DNA of 32,000 nucleotides, taken from Candidatus Thorarchaeota archaeon (GTDB taxonomy: Archaea > Asgardarchaeota > Heimdallarchaeia > Hodarchaeales > Hodarchaeaceae). The translations under genes were made by a program, and so were the position numbers. The notes under the pieces were generated by a model. That model saw nothing but the letters and a program-made list of their open reading frames with translations, did no database searches and was not told the origin of the DNA. Where the stretch lies: the NCBI GenBank assembly GCA_048882505.1, contig JBHLRO010000009.1:90001-122000 (forward strand), written 5' to 3'. Shown here in pieces: positions 23,909 to 32,000 of this stretch (position 1 is the first letter of the stretch; each line of letters begins with the position of its first letter).

Positions 23909-26644
23909 TCAGGTTGTGGCGCGCGAGTTTCGGAGTGAGGTCTGGGCGGCTGCAAGTCGTGCGACCGGAACCCGAAAAGGCGAACAAGAGACATAATCCA
24001 TTCCAAGTCTATAACAAAAATCAATACTCTTGGGATCTCCCCCTTGTTCCCCGCATATGCCAATCTTGATCAAAGGGTTGACTTCTCTAGCTTCTTTGAC
24101 ACACAATTCCATTAGACGTCCCACGCCCTTAAAATCGATTTCTATGAATGGATCTGTATCGAGAAGCCTTTTTTCAATATATAGAGGAAGGAACTTGGCA
24201 ACATCGTCACGCGAGAACCCTAAGGTCATTTGGTGAAGATCGTTTGTACCAAATGAAAGAAATTCAGCTCCCCGGGTTGCAATACGAGCGGCAGTGAGAG
24301 CCGCCCTGGGAGTTTCAATCATTGTACCAAGTTTATAAGGAATGACCATTCCTTTCTGTTCAAATTCTTCTTTGATTGTTTTATCAATGATCTCTCTGAC
24401 AAAAGTAAATTCACGACCTGTAATAAGCAATGGTACCATAATTTCGGGTAGAACATCCATTCCTTCTTGTTTAACATTCATCGCTCCCTCGATAATTGCC
24501 TTGGCCTGCATCACGATGATTTCGGGGTAAACAATCGAAAGCCTAACTCCTCGAAATCCCATCATTGGATTTGCTTCTTCGAACTCTCGAAGCCGAGGGA
24601 GTAGTTTCTTGACAGCCTCTATATCGCCAGGCTGAATTTCCCCCTTCAAAAGTTCTAGTTCTAGTTTATTTGGATCGGGTAAAAACTCGTGTAACGGGGG
24701 GTCAATAAGTCGAATTGTAACAGGTTTCCCCTCTGCTGCCCGAAAAAGATTTTCGAAATCTGATCTTTGAAATCCAATTAGGAGGTCAAGTTTACTCTGC
24801 CGTTCTTTGAGGGTATTGGCCAGGATCATCTCACGGACTATTGGCAGCCGATTTTTTTCGAAAAACTGGTGTTCAGTTCGGGCCAATCCAATACCTTGTG
24901 CTTTGAACTTCATAGCGATTGCTGTGTCTTCAGCCTTATCAGCATTTGTCCGTACACCAATCTTAGCCCGCGAATCGGCCCAGTCCAGAATCTTGACTAG
25001 TTCAGGTGGAAGATCACTAGGAATGATAATTGCTCCCTTGCCTGAGTAGATCTTCCCTTCAAATGCGTCCAATGTTATCCACTCTCCTTCCCTAATTGAG
25101 TGTTCCTTAGATGCGAGTACGGGCACACCTGCTTGTTCAAAAACTGTAAGTCCGGAAAGTTCAGCTCCCACTATGCAGCGTTTGCCTATTTGCCTGGATA
25201 CGATCGCAGCGTGACTTGTAATCCCTCCTCGAATAGTCAGGATACCGTCGCTTGCCACCATACCATGAAAATCCTCAGGGCTAGTCTCCTCCCGCACTAG
25301 AATGACCGAATGCTTGGGATGTTCCTTTTTATATTGCTCTGCTCGGTCACTATCAAAGATCGCGTACCCAGTAGCTGCGCCGGGCCCAGCTGCAAGACCT
25401 CTTCCTAGTAGAGTAAGTGTTTCATGTCTTTCCTCTCCATTTTCTTTCACTAACTGGAGACCGTGCTTTTCCGATATCCAATTAATCCGTGGAAACATAC
25501 AATTTTCGACATCACGTGGAGTAACGCGTAAAATAGCATCATCCTTAGTAATGAGGCCTTCCTCCGCCATATCATGAGCGATTTTTACCGCAGCAACTCC
25601 CGTTCGCTTACCATTGCGCGTCTGGAGCAGGAAGAGTTTCCCATCCATAATTGTAAATTCAACATCTTGCATGTCAGTATAATGCCGCTCTAACATTTTC
25701 ACGGTATCATATAATTGCGAGTATATTTCAGGGAACTGTTTTTGAAGGTGAGCGATTGGAACTGGGGTTCGAATACCCGCGACAACGTCCTCCCCTTGCG
25801 CATTCACCAAGTATTCTCCATAGATTTCATCTTCTCCGCTTGAGGGGTTCCTAGTAAACAATACACCAGTCCCCGAATCATCTCCCAGGTTGCCATATAC
25901 CATCATTTGAACATTGACCGCGGTTCCAAGGTCATCTGGGATCATTTCGTGCTCTCGATAGGCAATTGCTCGGGGATTATTCCAGCTCTTAAATACACTT
26001 GTAATAGCTAGTTTTAATTGTTCTATGGGATCTTGGGGAAAATCAGTGCCCAAATTTTCACGATATATCTTTTTGTAAAGGCCAACCAAGCGTCTTAGGT
26101 GTGTCGAATCTAATTCAAAGTCGTATTCTACATTAGCTTCTTTTTTAATGTTAAGAAGGGCAGTTTCGAAGAGTTTACTAGGGATATTCATTGCAACATT
26201 GCTAAACATTTGGATGAAGCGACGGTATGAGTCCCAGGCAAACCGCGGATTGGTTTCATGGCTCATATTCTCTACGATTATATCGTTGATACCTAAATTG
26301 AGGATAGTATCCATCATCCCTGGCATAGAGAACTTTGCACCACTTCTTACCGAAACCAGCAACGTTTTGCCGCTTCCTCGTGTTTCGGATCCAAATTTCA
26401 TTTGTACATCGCTTTCTAGCGATTTTAGAGCTTCTCTGATTTGATGTTCCAAACCTTCAGGCCAGGAGACATTTTTCATATAATAAATACATGCTTTGGT
26501 TGTTATAGTAAAACCAAGGGGTACAGGTACCCCTAGATTTGTCATTTCAGCAATATTAGCCCCTTTTCCCCCAAGTAAGTCCCTAAGTTCCTTATTCCCT
26601 TCTCGGAATAGATACGCCCATTTCTGTACCATTTTAATTGTCAT
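23909..26644 (-). CDS. ppdK: Pyruvate, phosphate dikinase
   Basis: GGKGAN, SVRSGA..SMPGMMDTILNLG, GGITSHAAIV (phospho-His), GIGLARTEH, FGTNDL and GICGE motifs. The start is ambiguous (ATG 26671, 26644 or 26632). Confidence 0.97.
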   Translation of the reverse strand: MTIKMVQKWAYLFREGNKELRDLLGGKGANIAEMTNLGVPVPLGFTITTKACIYYMKNVSWPEGLEHQIREALKSLESDVQMKFGSETRGSGKTLLVSVRSGAKFSMPGMMDTILNLGINDIIVENMSHETNPRFAWDSYRRFIQMFSNVAMNIPSKLFETALLNIKKEANVEYDFELDSTHLRRLVGLYKKIYRENLGTDFPQDPIEQLKLAITSVFKSWNNPRAIAYREHEMIPDDLGTAVNVQMMVYGNLGDDSGTGVLFTRNPSSGEDEIYGEYLVNAQGEDVVAGIRTPVPIAHLQKQFPEIYSQLYDTVKMLERHYTDMQDVEFTIMDGKLFLLQTRNGKRTGVAAVKIAHDMAEEGLITKDDAILRVTPRDVENCMFPRINWISEKHGLQLVKENGEERHETLTLLGRGLAAGPGAATGYAIFDSDRAEQYKKEHPKHSVILVREETSPEDFHGMVASDGILTIRGGITSHAAIVSRQIGKRCIVGAELSGLTVFEQAGVPVLASKEHSIREGEWITLDAFEGKIYSGKGAIIIPSDLPPELVKILDWADSRAKIGVRTNADKAEDTAIAMKFKAQGIGLARTEHQFFEKNRLPIVREMILANTLKERQSKLDLLIGFQRSDFENLFRAAEGKPVTIRLIDPPLHEFLPDPNKLELELLKGEIQPGDIEAVKKLLPRLREFEEANPMMGFRGVRLSIVYPEIIVMQAKAIIEGAMNVKQEGMDVLPEIMVPLLITGREFTFVREIIDKTIKEEFEQKGMVIPYKLGTMIETPRAALTAARIATRGAEFLSFGTNDLHQMTLGFSRDDVAKFLPLYIEKRLLDTDPFIEIDFKGVGRLMELCVKEAREVNPLIKIGICGEQGGDPKSIDFCYRLGMDYVSCSPFRVPVARLAAAQTSLRNSRATT

Positions 26645-26874
26645 TCCTGATATTGAGGAGCATCCTGCCACTCATAGTTAAGCCAAAGGAGACATTGTTC
26701 CATTGTAAATAAGATTTCGACCATCTCAAAAAACTGGGTAAAGAATTATCGTAGTGAAAAAGCTCTTCAAGAGTGGTTTCATCCATATGTTGTGCTCTTG
26801 AATAAACATCTGAAGAATGGAAATTAATTTTTCCATCATCCCATGGAACATCTATCTCCCCTAAGGTGATCGTG

Positions 26875-27627
26875 TTGATTGGTGTTGAAATCATGGATAA
26901 AGGGTCAGGACTACCCTTATTTTCTTATGAATTCCGTCCTCACATGCTTTTTCACCCAGAGATCCGTGGTGGAATTATTACATCAATCATGCAAGTAATG
27001 GAAGACACATTTGGCGACCAAGTGCAAGCAACACGGCACGTTAAATATGGGCAATATGTGGCAATTGTTGCAGAGGGAAAACACACCTATGGCGTGTTTT
27101 TTACATACCAAACGGGGCCAGTTTATGAAAGGTTTATTGTTGACTTGGTTAACAGCTTTGAAAGCAAATTCGGCAAGGCTTTGGCTGATAAATCATGGGA
27201 TGGAGTTGTAGACACCAAACAGTTCGAGTTTACAAAGGAGTGCAATCAAGCGTTTGAATCACTCATAAAACTGGATACAGAAAAACTGGAAAAGTTATTG
27301 GAAATCCTTCATTCCCAAAGCGATTACTTCTTTGATGATATGCTCATCTATTCTAGACCAGAAATGAGTCAGATATACACACATTTAACAAGTGATCGTC
27401 TAGCTTCTGTGGGAGATGAAGTTGCAGCAACAATAAAGCAGGTCCTAGACCTTTCTAATCGAACACAATTTCCTATTAATAATTTTCAGCTTGGATTATC
27501 TGGAGAATTTTACGCTCTGCTATGGAATGTTTTCCCGTATGCAATTGTGATTTTTGTAGAAAAGAAGGATTTAGATCTAGCTCATTTACGGATAACGGAG
27601 ATTACTGACAACTTTAAGGAAGGGTGA
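26875..27627 (+). CDS. Longin-like domain protein with a second longin/roadblock-like domain
   Basis: MIGVEIMDKGSGLPLF...GGIITSI...F...FESKF...WDG...F follows the beta-beta-alpha-beta-beta-beta-alpha longin pattern. TTG 26875 lies 5 nt after GGTGA; the track's start at 26866 is inside the SD. Confidence 0.6.
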   Translation: MIGVEIMDKGSGLPLFSYEFRPHMLFHPEIRGGIITSIMQVMEDTFGDQVQATRHVKYGQYVAIVAEGKHTYGVFFTYQTGPVYERFIVDLVNSFESKFGKALADKSWDGVVDTKQFEFTKECNQAFESLIKLDTEKLEKLLEILHSQSDYFFDDMLIYSRPEMSQIYTHLTSDRLASVGDEVAATIKQVLDLSNRTQFPINNFQLGLSGEFYALLWNVFPYAIVIFVEKKDLDLAHLRITEITDNFKEG

Positions 27628-28006
27628 ACGGGAATAACTGGGATGCTATTGGAGTTTAATTCATCTAATTACCCAAGAGAATACGTTTTTCATCCTAATT
27701 CTAAATGCTTCAGAGATATGGAAAAAAACTCCCGAAGATTCCTAAATTTGAGCAATGGACAATAGATAAAGAATGTATTTCCTGAAATTTACCACGGTTT
27801 CATTGCCGGACAGATGAAGGGCATCCATAAGCAAGAGTGAGATAAAGGGTGGAATGGGTGTTTGATTATCCATTTTTTGCTTGAATCATAGATGTCCCGC
27901 ATTATTGCGTAAGAACGATATGTTCTGGACGTTTTCCCAAAGCAAGCATTTAAAGGTCAAAACAAAGGCAGGATTGGCATAAGCAGTAGTTGAGCGTTCC
28001 AATTAG

Positions 28007-29668
28007 ATGTCAGAAACATCAAAACCAACCCCTATCCATTGGATAGATGAACTGACAAGCAAAATAATTGACAATTGGCCTGATATCAAACACTTTAATT
28101 GCAATTGTGGGATTTCTGTATCAGGCAGACAGCACGTTGGCCGATTGCGAGGCGAAATCGTCTTAACGAACGCAGTTGTCAATGAATTGGAGCGTGCTGG
28201 CTATTCTGCAAGCCATTCCCTAATCTTATATACATCAGATCCGTGGAAGGGGAAACCTGCTCAAATTAATGCCTTTAAAGATTCCCAGGAAGGCCAGCAA
28301 TATATTGATTGGCGTCTCGTAGACGTACCTGACCCGACAGGAAAATATTCATCCTGGGTGGACTTTTTTTGGCAAGATTTTGGTGATCCGCTTCCCCTCT
28401 TTGGGCGAGATGTCCAAATAGTTCGAACGCATGAGCTTTACCAAGAAAAGCGAATGCAAGACGTAATTCTTGAGTTGATTGGAAAAAAGGAACAAGTACG
28501 CGAGATACTCAACAAATATCGCCCAGAAAATCCATTTCCTGAGGGATGGATTCCGTTCAATCCGAGATGTTCTAACTGCAACCGAATTGGCACGACTACC
28601 GCTCTCGAAGTGAACCTTTCTTCATATGAAGTCCGTTATTCCTGTAAAGGTTGTCATACGGAGGGATGGGCGGATATGAAGCTGGGAAAACTGAACTGGC
28701 GCCTAGAATGGGCTACGATTTGGTACTTGCTCGATGTACACTTTGAACCCTATGGGAAGGATCATGCAACAGCGGGTGGTTCACGGGATAGCTGTGTTGA
28801 AGTTCTTCGATCTGTTCTCGGTCATCCTGGCCCATATGGTTATTGGAACGAATGGGTCGGATATTCCGAAGGAAGGACTGATTACGGTGACATGACGAGC
28901 TCAGGATTCATCGGTTTCACTCCAAAGGATTGGCTCAAATACGCGAGCCCAGAAGTCCTTAAATATCTTTACCTAAAGATTCCTCCACGAAGACGAATTG
29001 TTTTGGGATTTGATAAAATTCCTTACTACATTGCGGACTATGACCGGGCTGAAAGGGTCTATTCAGGACAAGAAACCTTGGACGACCCCTCAGAACGTCA
29101 CGCTATAGTTCGAAGTTTCGAGATTGTATTCTACAATGAAGTTCCGGAATATCGGGAGTTTCAATTAGACTTTAATCATTCAGTAATCTTGGCACAAATT
29201 GTACTTCCTGATGAACGCGGAGTGGAACAGGCGATTCAAAAACTGTCGACCACTGAAATCTTATCTGAAACACCAGATCAGGAAGGACGATCTTATATCT
29301 CATCACGACTGACACAAGCCCGACAATGGGCTCTTGATCACGCTCCTGAATCCTTACGCTTCAAGATTACCGATAAAATTCCTGATGTTTTACCAGATGG
29401 CGTTGATCGACGATATTATGACCTGATCACTAAATTGAAAACCAGGTTATCTCAAATCAAATGGACAGAGTTAGAAATCAAGAGGTGTATGGTCGAAATA
29501 CGTGACGGAGAAGAGCTCAGCAAAAAAGAAATGCAACAATTCTTCAAAACCTTATATTATCTTTTTCTTGGCTCGTCGCGCGGTCCACGATTGGCTCCTT
29601 TTCTTGCGGCCCTCGACCAGGAATGGGTAATTAATCGTCTTGAAGCCTTTGAAACACTGGTTGTATAG
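28007..29668 (+). CDS. lysS: Lysyl-tRNA synthetase, class I
   Basis: HWID, SVSGRQHVGRLR (HIGH-like), CxxC...C.xC Zn sites, KLNWRLEW, EPYGKDHA..GGS, MTSS (KMSKS-like) and GPRLAPFL motifs. Confidence 0.96.
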   Translation: MSETSKPTPIHWIDELTSKIIDNWPDIKHFNCNCGISVSGRQHVGRLRGEIVLTNAVVNELERAGYSASHSLILYTSDPWKGKPAQINAFKDSQEGQQYIDWRLVDVPDPTGKYSSWVDFFWQDFGDPLPLFGRDVQIVRTHELYQEKRMQDVILELIGKKEQVREILNKYRPENPFPEGWIPFNPRCSNCNRIGTTTALEVNLSSYEVRYSCKGCHTEGWADMKLGKLNWRLEWATIWYLLDVHFEPYGKDHATAGGSRDSCVEVLRSVLGHPGPYGYWNEWVGYSEGRTDYGDMTSSGFIGFTPKDWLKYASPEVLKYLYLKIPPRRRIVLGFDKIPYYIADYDRAERVYSGQETLDDPSERHAIVRSFEIVFYNEVPEYREFQLDFNHSVILAQIVLPDERGVEQAIQKLSTTEILSETPDQEGRSYISSRLTQARQWALDHAPESLRFKITDKIPDVLPDGVDRRYYDLITKLKTRLSQIKWTELEIKRCMVEIRDGEELSKKEMQQFFKTLYYLFLGSSRGPRLAPFLAALDQEWVINRLEAFETLVV

Positions 29669-29678
29669 TGGTGATCTT

Positions 29679-30158
29679 GTGACAAGTGAACAGAGTATCG
29701 ATACGAATAACACGAGCTCGGTTACCGCCTCAATAGGCTGGTGGGATCTCTTAATTGCCATTACAACGGCCTCCGCCACAAATATGGCTCTTGTATTCTT
29801 TTTTACTAGTATCCTCACTGTAATTTCGACATGGGAATGGTCTAATAGTCTTCTATGGCCTCAGGAATTCTATATTGCGGGCTTTTTGGGCGGTTTTATT
29901 GGAGGCGGTTATACGTATTATGAAATTAAGAAGTCTATCCAGCAGAATCATAAATTAAAACCAGGAACAGTGATGTCATCAGATCTCTTATACATAATAG
30001 GCGTGCTGGGAGTCGTATACTTCCTAAATTTCTTATCAGAAAGTTCCCTATTATATGGCCTATTTTTTGTCATTGTGATACTCTGGTTTACGGTTTTCGC
30101 TCAAAACGTCATAAAAATCATCTGGTGGGGGTACGATTTTCACCCAGTTGAATCCTAA
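29679..30158 (+). CDS. Hypothetical membrane protein with about 4 TM helices
   Basis: Four hydrophobic segments. GTG 29679 follows GGTGA 10 nt after the lysS stop, so it is probably co-transcribed. Confidence 0.7.
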   Translation: MTSEQSIDTNNTSSVTASIGWWDLLIAITTASATNMALVFFFTSILTVISTWEWSNSLLWPQEFYIAGFLGGFIGGGYTYYEIKKSIQQNHKLKPGTVMSSDLLYIIGVLGVVYFLNFLSESSLLYGLFFVIVILWFTVFAQNVIKIIWWGYDFHPVES

Positions 30159-30228
30159 ACGTTTGCAAGAGGAATTATTCGAACGAGACTACGGGACATC
30201 TGATGAAAAAACTCCTCATTTACCCCTT

Positions 30229-30248
30229 AAAACCTGAAAGGTTTTTTT
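30229..30248 (+). terminator. Hairpin plus T-tract terminator candidate
   Basis: AAAACCT-GAA-AGGTTTT continuing into T7, about 70 nt after the preceding stop. Confidence 0.4.
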
Positions 30249-30332
30249 AGCTTAAAGTCCCTGAGAATATGAAACAGGAAGAAAGTTCTCGGCGAAATTG
30301 CAGCTATGGATTATTGAAGTTAGTGGAAAAAA

Positions 30333-30746
30333 GTGGCACAATTTAGAACCTTTGGCTGGATCGCTCGACAAAATCCGCATGTTCGGGTTACAGAAGACGT
30401 TGTTTCAAATGATTCTGGATATAAATTCCCTCAGCTGTCCGATAAAGTCCCTCAATTGAATATCCCCTTAGAAGAGCGAAAAAAGTGGTTTAAAAGAGGT
30501 AGTCTCTGGCCTACAATGATCCTTGTCGAAAAAAGATATGGGGAAGCAAATTCTCAAAGAATTGAGCGAGCCTACGTGCGCGTTTATCGTCAATCAGATG
30601 GTGCCATACTTGATGTTCTGGTCGGGGATAGCCTCGATCTCGCTACTCTTCTCGCAGTAGAATTTGGAGTTCCCCTATTTAGTGTAACATGTAGTAGAAA
30701 GGGGATGCGTGGGGTGGCACAACGTATTCCAATTGAGCTCGAGTGA
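30333..30746 (+). CDS. Hypothetical protein; the C-terminal half weakly resembles the bifunctional nuclease (DUF151) domain
   Basis: 137-aa ORF filling the gap. AYVRV...DSLDLATLLAVEFGVPLF loosely resembles the DUF151 C-terminus. Confidence 0.5.
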   Translation: MAQFRTFGWIARQNPHVRVTEDVVSNDSGYKFPQLSDKVPQLNIPLEERKKWFKRGSLWPTMILVEKRYGEANSQRIERAYVRVYRQSDGAILDVLVGDSLDLATLLAVEFGVPLFSVTCSRKGMRGVAQRIPIELE

Positions 30747-30790
30747 AAATGGAAACTAACGAGAGCCACTGAGACAGATCTCGACCACTT

Positions 30791-31027
30791 TTATTTATGG
30801 AGTACTTGACTGAACTTTAAAACAGTCGAGATAGTACGAACTACACCTTCCGTATCAATGTACAGCAGCCGTACATGCGGATGTTCCGCGTCATCAAGAC
30901 CGTGATTGTCGATAAAGAGATCCAGACCCGTTACGTCGGGCTTCAGCTCGTCCGCAGAAATACCAAGAGCTAGTGTTTCATTACAGATACTACAAGGTTC
31001 GGTTCGAAGTCTAAGAATCTCATTCAA
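30791..31027 (-). CDS. Small CxxC/HxH protein
   Basis: CSIC...HPH...LYID..G.VR in 78 aa, 37 nt downstream of the next gene on the same strand. Confidence 0.65.
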   Translation of the reverse strand: MNEILRLRTEPCSICNETLALGISADELKPDVTGLDLFIDNHGLDDAEHPHVRLLYIDTEGVVRTISTVLKFSQVLHK

Positions 31028-31064
31028 GGCTGATCAACCCTACGATACATTTATTTACCCGAAT

Positions 31065-32000
31065 CTACGAGAATCGGTCCCTCTCATCAGAGGGATCAAA
31101 AGAAGGGGCTTCTTCGTCTGATCCAAGGAAATCCGCTTCAAAATCCTCCATGATGTCGTCGGAGATATCTTCGACCTCTGTTTCGATTTCCTCAAGGACT
31201 TCAACTGTACCTGAGATAAATGAACGAAACTCTCTTGTTTTTTGGAGAAATTTCTCCTTGGTTTCACCAGCCAAGAGTAGTTCCTTCAATTCAACAATTC
31301 CATCCGCGATCTCTTCCTGAAACGTATGGGCGACCTCTGCCCATTTTTCCCGCATGAGTAACATTAGTAATAAGACACCTTGACCGCCTCCTTCTGGAAC
31401 TTGATCAAGTGTGAGAGTAGATAGCCATTGTTGAGGTAGTGTCGATACTGGATACGCATACACTAGCGCCGTACACCCAATTTCTTCTATCTGGAAATCG
31501 ACAAAAGTAGTCTGATCGGTTGCTCTTAGTTGCATAATAAAATCAACCGAATTATTCGCTTTATCAGCCAATTCTTTCAAGTACTGATAGAAATTCCCAA
31601 TCATGCTAGGTTCCCAAGCTAGGATACTAACAATTCCCTCCCGTTGACCAAATGCGCCCACAAACCCGAACATTGCTTCTTCCCCTATATAAGCCAAGCG
31701 TTCACTCCGACGTAAAGCAACATCGAAGCGTTGTCGGCGCACGATACGGACACGACGACGTTGGACTGCTTTGATCAACGTAAAGAACGCAACAAAGATC
31801 GTTACAACCACCGCTTCCGCTGCAATTAATCCCACTACTGTAGTAACAAAAATTGGCGTTACATAAATCCGACTAACGCCAAATTCATCATTATCATTGT
31901 TATCCACTACATAGACTCTATATTCGATTCTTTCGCTTCCTACCACATCTGTCTGGAGTGTAAGATAGTACAAAAGCCCATCATCAGTCTTTGGGGTCAT
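31065..32000 (-). CDS. C-terminal part of a type I membrane protein, probably truncated by the window edge
   Basis: Beta-rich segment, one long TM helix, an Arg-rich stop-transfer (QRRRVRIVRRQR), a soluble domain of about 190 aa and an acidic tail. The ORF reaches position 32000. Confidence 0.75.
   Translation of the reverse strand: MTPKTDDGLLYYLTLQTDVVGSERIEYRVYVVDNNDNDEFGVSRIYVTPIFVTTVVGLIAAEAVVVTIFVAFFTLIKAVQRRRVRIVRRQRFDVALRRSERLAYIGEEAMFGFVGAFGQREGIVSILAWEPSMIGNFYQYLKELADKANNSVDFIMQLRATDQTTFVDFQIEEIGCTALVYAYPVSTLPQQWLSTLTLDQVPEGGGQGVLLLMLLMREKWAEVAHTFQEEIADGIVELKELLLAGETKEKFLQKTREFRSFISGTVEVLEEIETEVEDISDDIMEDFEADFLGSDEEAPSFDPSDERDRFS

Noticed and set aside
23897-24000. GC-rich, tRNA/SRP-looking stretch
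   Set aside because: It is almost entirely the ppdK 3' coding sequence on the minus strand (DYVSCSPFRVPVARLAAAQ). No cloverleaf or T-loop consensus was found.
24030-24080. PPDK GICGEQGG instead of the usual GICGEHGG
   Set aside because: The catalytic Cys and phospho-His motif are intact, and a single substitution is not enough to infer changed function.
26634-26894. 86-aa minus-strand ORF and a 34-aa alternative upstream of ppdK
   Set aside because: It overlaps the starts of both divergent genes, has no motif, and occupies the space needed for two promoters.
27628-28006. 379-nt gap before lysS with several 37-43 codon ORFs; considered a T-box-like leader or small gene
   Set aside because: No T-box or specifier motif, no convincing stem, and no SD at the proper spacing for the ORFs.
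30193-30264. Possible C/D-box sRNA (TGATGA at 30201, CTGA at 30234 and 30261)
   Set aside because: No C' box and no terminal stem outside the C and D boxes. The interior is better explained as a terminator hairpin.
299-31267. Many short antisense or alternative-frame ORFs in the track (e.g. 1576-1908, 18627-19052, 20963-21172, 29552-29818)
   Set aside because: They are nested in well-supported genes and lack motifs, so they are shadow ORFs.
1-32000. Selenocysteine/pyrrolysine read-through, CRISPR arrays, IS elements, integrases, rRNA/tRNA
   Set aside because: No gene appeared split at an in-frame TGA/TAG with homology continuing beyond it. No regularly spaced repeats, transposase motifs or RNA gene signatures were seen by eye.

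Overview
32 kb of an archaeal chromosome, probably an Asgard archaeon (possibly Heimdallarchaeia; this is inference). The evidence is GGAGGTGA/GGTGA Shine-Dalgarno sites, BRE-TATA promoters, oligo-T terminators, a class I LysRS, a longin-like protein and a CCDC47/DUF1682-like protein. From left to right: a rearranged fixC-fixX-fixA-fixB (EtfABCX-type) operon; DUF2249, NnrS-like and SCO genes; an iron-uptake operon (feoB, an 8-Cys miniprotein missed by the ORF track, and a DtxR-FeoA regulator); a LysE exporter divergent from four C-N hydrolases (ureohydrolase, amidinotransferase-fold, NodB deacetylase, isochorismatase); an uncharacterised module of two paralogous nucleotidyltransferase-like proteins, a metallophosphoesterase, an APC permease with a structured leader and two unknown proteins; then CCDC47-like, deoC, a PQQ-type sugar dehydrogenase, ppdK, longin-like, lysS and hypothetical genes. 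The best candidate for an undescribed system is the NTase-pair/phosphoesterase/permease module. Other highlights are the hidden Cys-rich gene, which appears to start at ATA, and likely CTG starts. No rRNA, tRNA, CRISPR array or mobile element was seen. All family calls come from motif recognition by eye; no database search was run.
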